Below are positions 25,515 to 39,177 of a DNA stretch of 64,000 nucleotides, one piece after another (positions within the stretch are counted from its first letter, which is position 1; the number at the start of each line of letters is the position of its first letter). The position numbers were made by a program, and so were the translations under genes. The DNA is from Zootoca vivipara. Its lineage: Eukaryota. The notes beneath the pieces were generated by a model, which made no database searches, was not told the origin of the DNA, and saw only the letters and a list, made by a program, of their open reading frames with translations. The stretch lies in contig NC_083278.1 of the NCBI RefSeq assembly GCF_963506605.1, positions 74,834,001 through 74,898,000 of the forward strand. The letters are read 5' to 3'.

Positions 25515-25845
25515 AAGGTTGGTGGTTCAACTCCCTGCGACGGGGTGAGCTCCCGTTGCTCAGTCCCAGCTCCTGCCAACCTAGCAGTTCGAAAGCATAA
25601 CGGTGCAAGTAGATAAATAGGTACCGCTGCAGCAGGAAGGGTAACGGCATTTCCGCACACTTGAGCACTCATCATGGTCCTCCATGCGCCAGTAGCGGTT
25701 TCGTCATGCTGTTCACATTACCTGCAAAGCAGTGGACAAACACTGGATCCCTCGGCCTGAAAGCGAGATGAGCGCTGCAACCCCATAGTCACTTTTGACT
25801 GGACTTAACCACCCAGGGGTCCTTTGCCTTTTTTTACCTTTACCT
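25515..25845 (+). mobile_element. Sauria SINE (5'-truncated)
   Basis: Same core as 15194-15524 and a tttacctttacc tail. Confidence 0.82.
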
Positions 25846-26678
25846 ATGCACATTTAACTTAGCAATCCCACTGAAAGCAATTAAACTTACCGTACTTCTA
25901 AATTGATCTACCGGTATATAGGATTGCACTATTTTATTAATTTGTTTTATTATTGTAGTGTAAACAATACACTTTTTGCCCCTAAAGAGAAAAATTAATG
26001 TACTCCATTTGTATTAGTATAAATTCAAGGATGATTCAGTAGCGACTCTTATGGGTTTCATCATGTGACTATCTATTAGAATGGGTCGTGTTTTTGCCCT
26101 TGTCTGTCATGTTGCCTACCCACAAATAGCAAAAAATATTTAGCATTCATTTACATACATGTGTGCAATGGTGAAGCAGCAGAGTTTAGAAATCACTTTT
26201 GAACTAATAAGAAGGTTGCCTTGTTGGCAAAAAAAGAGTATTTGTTTATATTATATTTTTTTTGCATTTATATCCTGATTGTAAATCTACCAGACATGTT
26301 GTTCATTTTTTCTCTCAGAGCCCCCAAACCTTGCTTTTCTTCAGTGAGGTTTTGGTAAGTCCCATGACATTTTATACTTAGCTTGCTCAGCATCTAACCA
26401 GGTGACAGGACAAAATAAATTCTGGAAAGTGCATCCTTTCGATTAGATGGAGTGAGGGATAACCAAAGATGTGACCTTGGTAGTGCTGCCCTAACTCTGG
26501 GGCATTTATCCCAGGTCTCAGCGTTTGTTGCCTACTCTTATATGAGTTGTGGCATCAACTGAAAAGAGGTTTATTTGCCCAGATCTTTTCATGCAGAATA
26601 TTGTTCTGTTTTTATCTGCTGACTGCTTTTTGCATGTGTATTTATTGCTATTTATTCCCTTTGTTTTACTATAGTTGA

Positions 26679-26833
26679 AATAGATTCAGGTAGGTAGCTG
26701 TGTTGGTCTGACACAGTCGAAATATATATCTGAAGAAGTGTGCATGCACACGAAAGCTTATACGAAGAACAAACTTAGTTGGTCTCTAAGGTGCTACTGG
26801 ACAATTTTTATTATTATATTTATATATATATTG
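26679..26833 (-). mobile_element. Penelope-like terminal fragment (copy 3) with hammerhead motif at ~26727-26762 (+)
   Basis: The 3' end lies on the minus strand (caggtaggtagctgtgttggtctg), followed by an inverted ctgaagaagtgtgcatgcacacgaaagcttata segment. 11-bp TSD actatagttga at 26668-26678 and 26834-26844. Confidence 0.75.
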
Positions 26834-27506
26834 ACTATAGTTGATAATAGAATAAAAATGTATTAAATGAATAATTAAATCAGTGAGATGAAATGAAAAT
26901 AAAATTGCTTATCATTAAATGTATGTGATAAATGGGTCACAAAGAGAACACTAGTGATATATATTCCCATGGGTGAAAATGAATGCAAACTTGTGTCACC
27001 AACTTCCTTGGAAATCCATATAGCCCTGCAAAGGGTAGCATTTGTACTAGCAGTTTCTTCACTGTGTGTAAAAACGAGTAGGTTTTGTCACTCCACGGAC
27101 TACAGATAAAGCTCTCTTTAAACTGATAGACATGATCTTATGAAGGTCAAATGACGCAAACTAGTCCCTTTAACATTAATAGAGTTTTAACTCTGACTTC
27201 AATGGGAACTGGATTGCAAACAAAGTATCCACCTATAGAATCTCTACCGATAAGGTAACAAACAATTAAATAGCTTTAGGAAGATGTGCATCATTTTGCA
27301 AATTTGCAGTTGTTGAAAAAGGACTGAAGTTCTATTCTGACTTACATTACTGACAGGCTCAACAGGAACCTGGATATATCTTAACAATGCTATACAGATC
27401 CAACCCCACACACTGCAAATCCTCTCTAAATAGTTTATAAAATAATAAAAACACTTATTTTAGCCTGCGGTCTAGGACTGCAATCCTGAGCACACTTAGT
27501 AGGGAG

Positions 27507-27957
27507 CATAGCTGCCAAGTCTCCCACTGAAAAATGCGGGATCAGCAGCGGCGCAGCACCAGAAGTTGCTTCTACGCATGTCCGGACATGCATAGAAGCG
27601 ACTTCCGGCACTGTGCTACCCATGTATGGGCACCGGAAGTCACTTCTACGCATGTCCGGACATGCGTAGAAGCAACTTTCGGTGCTGCTCTACCTGATTT
27701 TCGGTGCCCAGGCATGGGCGGAGCGGCACCGGAAGTCACTTCCATGCATTTCCGGACATGCGTAGAAGCGACTTCCGGTGCAGCGCTACCCATGTCTGGA
27801 CACTGGAAATCGGGTGGCACCAGGACCCAAAATGGAGCCTCCGTGGCAGGTAGGAAATCCAGGGGATTTCTGGGATTTTTTCCAATCCGGGCTGCCAGCG
27901 GGAAACGGTTTTAAAAACGGGGGTTTCCCGTGAAAAACGGGAGACTTGGCAGCTATG
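27507..27957. mobile_element. hAT-like MITE with three internal ~50-bp palindromic units
   Basis: 19-bp perfect TIR catagctgccaagtctccc, 8-bp TSD gtagggag/gtaggggg (7 of 8 match), CpG-rich. Confidence 0.8.
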
Positions 27958-30285
27958 GTAGGGGGTAAGGCCCTCTGAATGCAATGGAACTTATTTATGA
28001 GTAAACATACACAGAATTGTTCTGTAAGTTTATTGATCTATTTAACACAATTGGCAAGGCTACTAACTGAGGAAAAGGCAAGAACTTGTCTATTTTCTAA
28101 AATGCTTTAATGTCAATGCATCAAAAGTTGTATTTTTGTATTAGTGGTATAGCTACGTAATTTTATAATGCAATCCTAACTATGTCTACTCATAAGTAAA
28201 TCATATTGAATTCAGTGGGGCTTGCTCCCATTAAGTGGAGTTTGCAGTGCTGCCTTAGACTCCTGCTCTCCTCACAGAGCTACAATTCTTCCAATGTATA
28301 GTGTATATGGGCCTAATAGACTTATACTCACTCCTTTAGATGGAAATGTGCATAATTTCACTTACTTCAAAATGTGGTAAAACCGGCTTTTACCGCGAGA
28401 GCCGTGATCATTCAGTGGAGTGGGACTCTGGGCTTAACTGAACCACTGTTGCATCTACACATAATTAGCAAAAATATTGTCCGCATAGTCCAGACTGTCC
28501 CAAATGTGTGTTTCTTGTACTTTGTTCAAGCCAGATTTCCAGCCAGTATAATAGATTAACTCTAAACAAAGCATATCAATCAATATGGAGCACAGGTCTA
28601 GGCTCCATTAAGCTTATTCCCTACTAAGTAGGTCCATGTGTATAGGACAGTGGCCTTATTTGCATTTGCTACCTATGTCTCCCTCTGTAGGCTTCCCAAT
28701 TGCCAGTTTTAGAATTTAAGCTGCTGTGGGGAAATGAACTTGCTCTTTATTTATGAAACTGCATAAAAAGTCATGTTCAGAGGAGGAGGAGGAGGAGGAG
28801 GAAGAGGAACAACCACTACCACCTGCATTATTAATTCAAGTAAATCTGTGGAAATTATACTATTTTGTGTTTTCTTTTCTTAATTTACTGTATGTCAGTC
28901 AGTCCTAGGTCAGATCACTCATTTCTGTTGGGGTTTTTTTAAGCGTAGCCTTGTCTTCTTCAATCTTTCTCAAGAATGTACATTTTCTTCCTTTGCAATA
29001 GCAGACCATTTACCTGCTCTATCTTGCATGACTGAGCAAGTTTACTTGTAATCTTGTGATTATCTGTGATGGTACGTGATAAGCAATCTTGTTTACTTTT
29101 TAGTGGGAATAACTCCCTGCATATTACACAAACGTTACCTCTGGAATTGTAGACTTTTGTGACTCAGGAGTTTCAGACAGGATTCAGATAGTTAGCTCTT
29201 AAGGATACCGGCAATTTTTGTTTAAATAGTGTCTTCTCTTTCAATGAAGTTTATATGATTGGAAGAGGGCTGGAGAACACTGGAGAACGACCAAGGGTGA
29301 CTTTTTACCTGACAATTTTTCCATCACAGAAACAGTGTTGCTGCAAGGTTTGAGGGGGCCCTGGCAAAGTGCCATCTATCTGCTGTCCCCCATCCCTCTG
29401 CCACCTCTAGCACATGAATTAAAAACACCTGGTTTCTGGATGCCTGCCCCAATTCCACTGTTATCGGAAGGCAATCGTTCAAATATCCCGCACCCAACCT
29501 TTTTTAGTTATCATCATCATTCGTACCCCTTGATAAATACATCTGTCCAATCCTTTTCCAGAATAATCTAGAACGGCCCACATCTTGTGGCAGTGCTTGT
29601 AGTCTAAAGAAGGACTTTCTTATCTCTCTCTTGAACCTATAACAAATCAGCTGTACTGGAGGAGTGCCAGCTTTACTGTCATGAAAAAGAACAGTACTAT
29701 TTCTCTGTCTAGTCTCAATATCCAAGCAGTCTTACGTTTCCCTTAAGGCTGGTTTTTGCAAGGTTTGTTTCTCTGCATTCTACTGATTTAATAATGATGG
29801 AATTATCTTGTAAAGGTGCATAGCTTGAGGGAAAAGAGTCAGGATATATTTTTTGTTTTAATGCAGCTAATAGTAAGCATCTATTAATGTGCCTAAACTC
29901 TGTACTTTTTGTTGTATTCCCGTTATATCTGTTAGGGCCTAACTAGAACCTAGGATGTGCTGCTTGCTGCCACTGACCTACATCTCTACCCCAGTAAAAG
30001 AAAGGTGTGGTGTCAGTGCATACAACACTCATTATCTGCTGCTTACAGGTGGCAGGGAAATGTTGAATGTCATTACATTACACCATGCACCTCCTGTAAT
30101 GTCAAATTAGACTGTAAGTCATTTTGTCAGGGAACCATTTTATTTTATGTACACCAATTCAAATCTTAAATAACTAAAACCTCCATGTCTGAAGAGAAAT
30201 AATTAGGAATCCAGCAAGATGCCTCACACCAAGTTAGCCTAGCTCAGTATTGGCTTAGCTTACCCACGTTTTCTGACAGCTTTTC

Positions 30286-30299
30286 TTTCTTTTCTTTTC

Positions 30300-30330
<31 letters not shown>

Positions 30331-31010
30331 CTTTTCTGATATATTCTTTATTGAAGATTATTTAAAAGTACACAAAGGTACAAAAATATATTTTTAAAAA
30401 TCACACACATTTTAACTCATACACATAAGAATACAGAAAAAAGAAAACAAAAAAGAACTAAAACATATCCAAAATGTTACATCAGATTAAACATATGATA
30501 CTTCCAATCCTTTTCATTATACCTGATTTCTTCTATCTTTATTTTTTTCACAGGTTTTTATTACTATGTCTTCTTCTTCTTTCCTTCCTTAAATGCTTCC
30601 ATTTATTTTTATTTTACAAATATCATTCCAGTTCTGCCAATATGGGATTGTTAGTGCTATAAAGATTTATATATTATATATTATCTTTATATATCTTTAT
30701 ATATATATATATAGATAATCCACTCTCTTGATACTTTCTGTTTCTCTAATCCTCGCATCGAACCTGTCAAATTTGCCAATTGTAGATATCCTATCATCAA
30801 TATTTGCCAATCTGTATTTGTAGGGAGTATTTCACTTTTCCATTTTCTTGGTACAAGAACTCTAGCCGCAGTCAGACCATACATAAACAGTGTTCTTATT
30901 TCCTTTTTAATCTCTGGTGGTAAAGTGCCCAATAGAAAAATTTCTGTTTTTTTTCTTAAAGGTTATTTTGAATAATTTTTAAAATTACTCATAAATATCA
31001 TTCCAGTTGA
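30286..31010 (-). mobile_element. L1 LINE, 5'-truncated (ORF2 C-terminus, 3' UTR, A-rich tail)
   Basis: ORF 30687..30932 (LFMYGLTAARVL...KWK...W) resembles the end of the L1 ORF2 at 45700-46368. AATAAA and a (GAAAA)n tail on the minus strand. 13-bp TSD ctgacagcttttc at 30273-30285 and 31011-31023. Confidence 0.85.
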
Positions 31011-31821
31011 CTGACAGCTTTTCAAGGGTCTTCCATAGCTCTAGCTGAAGTGCTGGGGACTGAAGCTGGGTCCTCCTCCATTGTTTTTAAGAGAACTGAA
31101 AGTGGTACTATAGGGGCATAATTTCCTGTTGTCACTTCACAAGCCTCATTGCTGTCTCTAGTTAAACAAGTTTTGAAAGCTAGGGAAGTGCTGCAATAAT
31201 AAACTGGCAAAACTCATGAAGACATAATAGCAATGTGCAAACTCTCTAGACAATGGCGCCTCCTTCATGCTTCACCTCAGAAATAACTGCCTGTCTGTGA
31301 GTATTTGACGCTGTACTTCCACACCTGCCTATGTTTCAGGTGTCGTATAGAACGACGTATTTGACTGCCAGTTAGAAGAGTTCTGAGTTCCTGTCACAGA
31401 AACCTTAAATTTAGCCTTCTCCATCAGTTTGTCCTACACAGTATTTGATACAGACCATTTAACATCAGTGCTGCATCAGTGAAATGTACTGCGGCAAATT
31501 TTCTGCATTTCTTTCTGGCAACTGAGATCAGGGTTCTTTGTCAATAACATCTGGCTTTTCAGTTTCACAGGATAGGTTAACATGCAGAGCAATTAATAGC
31601 ACTGCCGATGGAAGGATGGAGGATAATTTCCCCCAAAAAAGGGAGCCAGATACAATAAAGATGGCTATGAATATTGCATAACGCCATGCAAGGCAAAACC
31701 AGTCCTCATTATTTCACTGAATAAGCTGGGCCCTGGAATTGTAGGAGCAAATTTTGATAGGAATATGACAGACCTATCAAATTCTAGCTGAAATGGAAGT
31801 TGAAAAAAATTATCTGCTGGT

Positions 31822-31828
<7 letters not shown>

Positions 31829-31864
<36 letters not shown>
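31829..31864. repeat. (AC)n microsatellite
   Basis: About 18 AC units. Confidence 0.95.
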
Positions 31865-31870
<6 letters not shown>

Positions 31871-32316
31871 GCTGCAAGTACTGAGTTGGTAGCTATAAAG
31901 GCTGACTCCATCAGTTTTATCCATTGATATTGTTGTATGTTAGGCAGGGGATTAATCGGCATGGTGCCTGATTCCCTTCTAATTCCCAGGGTCCTGGATC
32001 CTGCAAGGGTTAAAATCTAATGGAGGATATCAATGTTGAATTAGGCAAGGGTCATGGTTGCCATTTAAGTATGGTCCTTAGTTTAACAAAGGAAGTAGCT
32101 CTGTGCCATAGGGGAAATGGGGGGGGGGGCTGCTCCCTCACCTGATTGGTAATGAGAAAGACAAAAGCCAGTGAGTTTTTGTGAAAGCTGGGCTAGAAGC
32201 AGGCAGAAGCCAGAAAGGCAGAGCCATGCTTGATTTCTGCTTGAAGCCAAGGCATTGACACTGGGCGAACCAAGACTCTTGGGGTGTTAATGCTGTGAGT
32301 CCCACCATCAGGTGGT

Positions 32317-32767
32317 TGTTGTTGTTTAGTTGTGTCCGACTCTTTGTGACCTCATGGACCAGAGCATGCCAGGCACTCCTGTCTTCCACTGCCTCCCGCA
32401 GTTTGGTCAGACTCATGTTCGTAGCTTCAAGAACACTGCCCAACCATCTCGTTCTCTGTCGTCCCCTTCTCCTAGTGCCCTCAATCTTTCCCAGCATCAG
32501 GGTCTTTTCCAGGGAGTCTTCTCTTCTCATGAGGTGGCCAAAGTATTGGAGCCTCAGCTTCATGATCTGTCCTTCCAGGGAGCACTCAGGGCTGATTTCC
32601 TTAAGAATGGATAGGTTTGATCTTCTTGCAGTCCATGGGACTCTCAAGAGTCTCCTCCAGCACCATAATTCAAAAGCATCAATTCTTCGGCGATCAGCCT
32701 TCTTTATGGCCCAGCTCTCACTTCCATAAATCACTACTGGGAAAACCATAGCTTTAACTATATGTAC
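32317..32767 (-). mobile_element. RTE-BovB LINE 3' fragment
   Basis: MVFPVVIYGSESWAIKKADRRRIDAFELWCWRRLLRVPWTARRSN...LEKTLMLGKIEG is the BovB C-terminus; (CAA)n tail. Confidence 0.93.
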
Positions 32768-32801
32768 ATATATACAGGTTGTATATACTGTATGTGTAAA
32801 T

Positions 32802-32908
32802 CTTAAAAAGCAGAGACATCACCTTGCCGACAAAGGAGTGCCTGGCGTGCTCTGGTCCATGGGGTCACGAAGAGTCGGACACGACTAAACAACAACAACA
32901 ACAACATA
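32802..32908 (+). mobile_element. Internally deleted BovB mini-copy
   Basis: LKSRDITLPTK-coding segment joined directly to the BovB 3' end and (CAA)n tail. 11-bp TSD tatgtgtaaat at 32791-32801 and 32909-32919. Confidence 0.8.
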
Positions 32909-34606
32909 TATGTGTAAATAAATTGTATATCATAAGGGCACCGCAGCCTCCACTGTCCCCTTTTCGAAGGAAACCGAACCTTGGATAAGCACCTGGAACT
33001 CCTGCACCACTTGGAGATTGGGGTGGCATGCAACTATATCAATATTACAATTGGAAGATCAAAACCGTTCCCCTTTTTTACTGCAGGGTCTGTGAACCAA
33101 GGGTGATTGGACAAAGAACAAGAAAGAAGAAGAAATGTTTCAGTTAAGTGAAAAACAAGCAGGAAATGAGATATGGTCACTATGTAACCCTAGTCTCAAT
33201 TGTAGTCAATAAACTTTCATGGCTAGTCCCTGTAAGCATTCTTTTGCCTTGATTATAAATACATACCATTAGAAATTAATTTTTTAGAATCTTTCAGCAC
33301 TTCTTTTGTACATACTAGAATGCAGGCAAGGGGAAATAAACACACACCATTCTCTTTAATACAGATGTGGCAACTCGATGGTAGCCAGCCTGGTTGCCTG
33401 TATTGGGCCCATGGCTAACCCCATCCTGTATAAAGATGTTCTGGGACACTACTGCAGGAAAGGGAAGGCTGACAGAGAAATATGAGCCAGTCCCCCCCCC
33501 CCCTGTTTTCTGTATATGAGTTGTCTGCAGTGAGGATTTATTTCTCTTTTTTTGCTGGGTGGGGGTGGGGAGGCTTTGCTTCCCAGTGCATGCTTTGTTA
33601 ATACCAGCACCTCCTATTTGTGCTGACTGATTTCAGCTGCAGTTCTTTCACATTATGACTGATGTCATAAAAGCTGCCAGCTGCACAGCCTCTTCAGTTT
33701 TTCTGGTGATGCTGGCTGGTTTTGTTTTGTCTTTTTGCTCAACTGAGCAAATACACCTTAAACACAAAGCAAAGCCCTTAGCGAGAAAGGGTACGGAAGC
33801 TTACTTAAGCAAGCAATTTGGCAGATTGTATAGCGTTAACATATGACAATCTAATTGTTTTCATTTAAGTTATATCTGTCTTTATCCAGACTTAGTGATG
33901 GAACAGATAGCATAAGAAGAATGAGGTACAGTAAGGACACCAACCTACTCCGCTGCTGTGTTCTATTCCTTTAGTTTAGGCATCCATCATACGCAACACA
34001 GGTACCCAAATGCACTCCTATTACCTGTGTATCTTCCTTTCTGCCCTCTTCTAAGCATTGCTTTGGATATATAGCTTTAGCAGAGGTCAAATTAATCACA
34101 TCACACAGATACATTGATCTCAGTCTGGCAAACTTAGCAGAGCCATTTTATGATCATATCTTATACTCTTTTCTCACTCTCAGTTTTAATTTTACTTGTT
34201 AGCTCTTTCTGCCTTTAGCTGTCCCCAGTAGCTGAAGATCATCAGGCTCTAGCAACCCTGTTCAGCTCACCCTGCAGCATCAATGTACTACGTTAGTAAA
34301 CTGACAGTTTGAGGAAGGGGTTCAACCATATACTGGAAATTTAAGTTTGTGCAACTAAAGTGAATCAAAACACTGTAGTGCCCTAGCGCAACAAATCCAC
34401 TTTTTAAAAAAATGCTTTTGCATTTAGGAAAGTGATGGAGAAATGCACTGAAAACTGGGATAAACGATTGGTTAACAGGAAGTCATGTAAATATCTATAA
34501 ACAGATCACGATTAAGGCTTTTTGTTGCACTGTATAACCGCTCTGTAAACGAATCAGAACAAATATTCAATAATGACCCTCAATAATGACTGGAGATAGT
34601 CTAACC

Positions 34607-34847
34607 CAGGGGTCAGCAACCTTTTTCAGCTGTGGGTCCCTCAGACCATGTGGTGGGCCGGATTATTTTTTTTGGGGGGGGGAGTGAACAAATTCCTATG
34701 CCCCACAAATAACCCAGAGATGCATTTTAAATAAAAGGACACATGCTACTCATGTAAAAACACGCTGATTCTCGGACCATCCATGGGCCGGATTGAGAAG
34801 GCGATTGGGCCACATCCGGCCCCCGGGCCTTTGGTTGCCTACCCCTG
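34607..34847. mobile_element. hAT-family MITE
   Basis: TIRs caggggtcagcaacc / ggttgcctacccctg, 8-bp TSD gtctaacc at 34599-34606 and 34848-34855. Confidence 0.85.
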
Positions 34848-36749
34848 GTCTAACCACTGCCTAAGCTTTCTGAAACTAAATTAGGACAAATGCTGAATAA
34901 GGAGGTCATCTGACTGGCGAAGCCCTGTAATGGCTTCAGGCAACTGGAACTGCTTCTTGTTCTTTCTACTGAAAAGCAGCAGCTTCCCTTCTTCCTGCAA
35001 TGGGCCCCACAAATCCTAAAGCTGCTCTTGATCACAGCAAGGATTTCACAATTAAATACTTGGTGTATAAATAGAGGGAAGAATCCTGTGCAAGAAAGCA
35101 AACTACAAAAGGCCACATGTATACACACAGACACTAGGGAAAGAGGCAGCCTGGGCGTCTATTTACTCAAAGTCTGGTGTTCCAGAATCCAGAATCTATG
35201 AAAATATCCATGTGATTTTATTTCCAAGATGAATGTTGGCAGACGCTTATGAATACATTGCCAGACTCCAGTCCATGCAAAAGAAGAGGCATAGCTAAAG
35301 GATGTTTAGCTGAAGCCCATTAAAGTCAATGTGAGTCTTTTGTAATGCAATATTCATAAATTTATTAGTTAGTTGCTTTTCTACCATGTACAGGAAGTAT
35401 ATAAGACAAGCCAAACAGGATGAAACATCCCAAGTTAAAAGCAATCAAACAGTACCCAAAACAGAACAGCTATTAAAGCAATATTCTGCCTGAAGTTAAA
35501 ACATTTTTGTACTGTAAAGAAAGATTTCTTTTTAAAAAAAAAAGTTTCACATGTGTTTACCTATCAAAGAATTGCACGTGAAGGAACTAGGTGCTCATAT
35601 CTGGAAAAGGAGCCCCACAAGGTGGTCACGGCACCACTGAAATTATTAAATCTGAAAATATCAAGTTGATCACAGATCAAATTTCAGTAAAAAAGAAAAA
35701 AAGGACACAGAAAACACCCTTAAAACTGAGATGGCAGGGAGGACCAGAAGGCAACAATTACTGCAAAACAATATTATGCACCCCAAAAAGAAACTGGGCG
35801 TCTTACAAAGATTAAAACAGTCTTATAGTCTTACTATAGAAGGCATACAAATATGCAAACGAACCACCTGGGAGAGTGCTAACTAGGCTTTGGGAAAGAG
35901 ACGGGTGGACTCTAGGACCTTGTCAAAGCCTCACGCTTTCTTCCCAAAGTCCCACTTACGAAACTTTGAGACTGCAGCCCCTCAACTCAGCACCCAGTGC
36001 ATGTGCACAGCTTGCACGGCCCTAAATGCTCCCCTGCCAGTGTGTGGAGAAAGATAATAATGGCACATGGTCACCCAGAGAGCTTCATGGCCAGGTGGGG
36101 ATTTGAACCCAATGTTCAACACTCTAGCTATTATAGTACACTTGCTCTCTTGATTGTGATTATTTTGCTCATGTGAAATCTGGCTGAACACTGTGGGAAA
36201 CATGATGCCGGACTAATAGAAAGGCCCTGAGTCTGTTCTGTGGTAACAGATGGAGAAAAATTGACAACATGGGAAATGGCATGTATGTGAGAACCAGAGG
36301 TGGAAATCTTGGGCTTAAAAAAGGGGTTGTGGTATTCAAGAGAAGTGAACAAGCAGACAGAGAAAATGAAAGAAGAGAAAGGAAGGAACTGAACTGCCAA
36401 AAAGTAAATAAAGGGAGCCTGAACTGAACATAGTAAAGTAGGCACTGAGAGTCTGCAGCCTTCAAATGTTCCTGAACTACAACTCCCATCATCCATGACC
36501 ACTGGCCATGCTGCCTGGAGCTGATGAGAGTTGGAGTCCAGCAGCATCTGCAAGGCCACAGATTCCTTATCCTTGTAGCAAAGGAAGCCAGCACAAGGAA
36601 TAGTGTAGAGCGGGCTTCACCAACCTGGTGCCCTCCAGTTGTTTTGGAATACAACTCACATCAGCCCCTGACAGCATGGCCCTGCCAACTGAGGCTCATG
36701 GGAATTATAGTCCAAAACAACTGGAACACACCAGGTTGGGGGGAAACTA

Positions 36750-36960
36750 TACACTTATACCTTGAATCCTGAACGCCTTGCGAGTCAAATGTTTGGGCTC
36801 CCGAATGCCGCAAACCCAGAAGTGAGTGTTCCGGTTTGCGAACATTCTTTGGAACCCGAACGTCCAACTGGGCTTCTGCGGCTTCCGCAGCTTATGAATG
36901 TTTTGGAAATCAAATGGACTTCCGGAACAGATTCCATTCGACTTCCAAGGTACCACTGTA
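36750..36960. mobile_element. Tc1/mariner-type MITE related to 703-910 (left TIR degraded)
   Basis: Right end ...ccaaggtaccactg-ta shares the CAGTGGTACC terminus. Confidence 0.6.
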
Positions 36961-37965
36961 GTTGCTTTCAGACACAGCTACAGTGTACCCTAGAGCATGG
37001 ATTCCAGAATAATTAAAGCACTCCCCAAACTTTAATTATTAGGATCTTGTGACACTGAGGTTTGTAACAAATTAAACTGTAGACCTTTGAGGTGAGTGTC
37101 CTGGTTTCAGGCACGGAGGGAAACCTGTTCAGTTTCCTCTCATCCTGAACAAATGTATGGCGATGTTGTTGTGCAGTTCTTCTGTGAAAACCCTCAAGAG
37201 AAAACTTTCCAATTTATCTTGGGAGTGAGGCAAGCTGAAAAGGGCAACAAAACCACACTAGCTGCAGAGATGTTGACGACAAGCTTTGAAGTGAACCCAG
37301 GCTGCCGCCTCAAGTTGTAGGGAGCAGGCTGAGGCAGGAAATGAGAAGCACGCTGAATTAATCACTTGATGCTCTGATTAAGAGGCATGGGACTCTGTAT
37401 CATGTGATAGCTAAAACTCTAAGCTCCGGTCCCTCAGACATTATTTGGTACATGAGCAATTTGAATGGACAGATGGGGGTCATGAGCAGGATTACAACTA
37501 CTATTAAGCGCAAAAACAAACTGAGTCAATTATAAATGGAATGTCCGACAATCAGAAGAATATAGGAATGGCAACCTCCCATTTTGTATTGATTTCAATG
37601 TGTATGTAACAGTGTATATCATAATCACATCCCCTTTTCTGAATATCACTGAATCAGAGTAAAATCTTTGCTGCCCAAGAAACAACCTGTGTGCCAGGAA
37701 TGATCCTGCATTTCTCCTTGACTAGGCCTTGCTATCTGCCCTGCTCTTGGATCAGATTGGGGGGGGGCAGTTGCTTCCAGGGAGGGGTTGCTTCTTGCTG
37801 AGACTGGCTGCATATACACAATGTTTTCAAGCACACACCCCTCCCCAAAAGAATCCTGGGAACTGTAGTTTACCCCTCTCAGAACTGCAGTTCCCAGCAC
37901 CCTTAATAAAATACAGTTCCTTTAGGGCAAGTGTTAAATGTATGGTGTGTATGCCGCAGGCAAGA

Positions 37966-38140
37966 TAGGAATAGGAATAGGAATAGGAATAATTTATTGG
38001 CCAAGTACCAACATACTTGGAAGTTTGCTTCGGCTACACTGCAATGCAAACGTACCTTATACAAACACTGTTCCACACACAATACAATAAAACAACACCA
38101 TAAAACACTCTTAAGCTCATAAAAAAAGAACAAGTACTTT
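37966..38140 (-). mobile_element. Non-LTR retroelement 3' end with AATAAA and (TCCTAT)n tail
   Basis: About four ATAGGA units followed by tttatt on the plus strand; clade not determined. Confidence 0.45.
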
Positions 38141-38154
38141 ACAGAGCAAAAGCC

Positions 38155-39177
38155 GAGGCTGCCCTTCTCGGCGCCATCTTGGATAGTCATTGATAGCCAG
38201 GCAACTGCATCCAAACTCCTCCTTGTGAGGAAATAGCTGTGTGCCCTGAGCAGTCCTGACCTGCTGGATATTATCTGATGTGTTTCCAGATTTGTTGGGG
38301 TGGGACGGAACAAATGCTTCCAGAAAGGGAGGTGATACACAGCCCAGAACCTGTGCAGCCAGTCAGGCATAAGGTGTGGAGTCTGTTGCTTCTCCAAGAA
38401 TAGAAGATCTTCATGCAAATCGGGTCCAACGTGCAAGAGAGGGCACGCGTTGTGGGGCCCCCGGCAAACAGGTCTAGGTGTTGGGGCGGGGACAATTGGA
38501 GCAGCCACAACACCCTATTGGTGATCCATCTGACGGGGTGCAATTGGGCTGAGGGCATGCCAATCAAAGAATCAGATGGATCACTATTTAACCGTTGCAC
38601 ATGTCCATAGAGAGCTTCCTTCTCCGGAACTGTGCACCGGAACACCCGCCCACCGCTCCCTAATTTTAGGGCTTTCGCTTGACCTTGCTATGCCGTCATA
38701 TGTCATCTGCCTTTGTTGCAGGGGCACGGCAGGAATTTTTCCCACTTGGCTGATTGGCTGTTGCCACTTGGGTTTTGCCTGCAGTGTAGCAATTCGTCAC
38801 CACTTGTAAGGTTGGCGGATAGGCTCTGGTTCATGCTGATAGGGTGGAATGATCCCTTACCAGCCTATCCTCAGGTATTCCTCTTAAAGAGGGGTATTCC
38901 CCCAAGGGAAGTGTGTCCTCGCCAGAGTTCTGGGCACACATGGGGGAATCAGGACCTGGCGGTAGTCAGGTACCCCGTCCCAAGTGTGGACCTGGATGCT
39001 GACTCATGGTGCACCCTGAGTCAGTGCTACCTAGGTAGCGTTTGGAACCAGAGCCTATGCAACCACTCACTTGATTTGTATTCAATAAAGTTGTGGCCTA
39101 AATTCTGCCAAAAACCAAACCAAAAATATGAGTCATGTCTGAATTTATTTCTAGGCCTGGGTTAAAGGGCTCCACAC
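38155..39177 (+). mobile_element. Putative non-autonomous DIRS/Ngaro (tyrosine-recombinase) retroelement derivative
   Basis: IGAATT at 38495-38512 and a degenerate IK..G.W.S..FNR...P* resemble a tyrosine-recombinase C-terminus. aataaagttgtggcc near the 3' end. Flanking 9-bp direct repeat gcaaaagcc. Confidence 0.45.

Larger units (their letters stand above)
31931..33035 (+). mobile_element. Solo LTR (Gypsy/ERV-like) interrupted by two BovB insertions
   Basis: Inverted termini tgttgtatgt / gcatgcaact (terminal A changed to T), 4-bp TSD atat, AATAAA at ~32917. Confidence 0.55.

Noticed and set aside
27540-27800. CRISPR-like repeat-spacer array
   Set aside because: Vertebrate DNA, no cas genes, the spacers resemble each other, and the array lies inside a TIR/TSD-bounded MITE.
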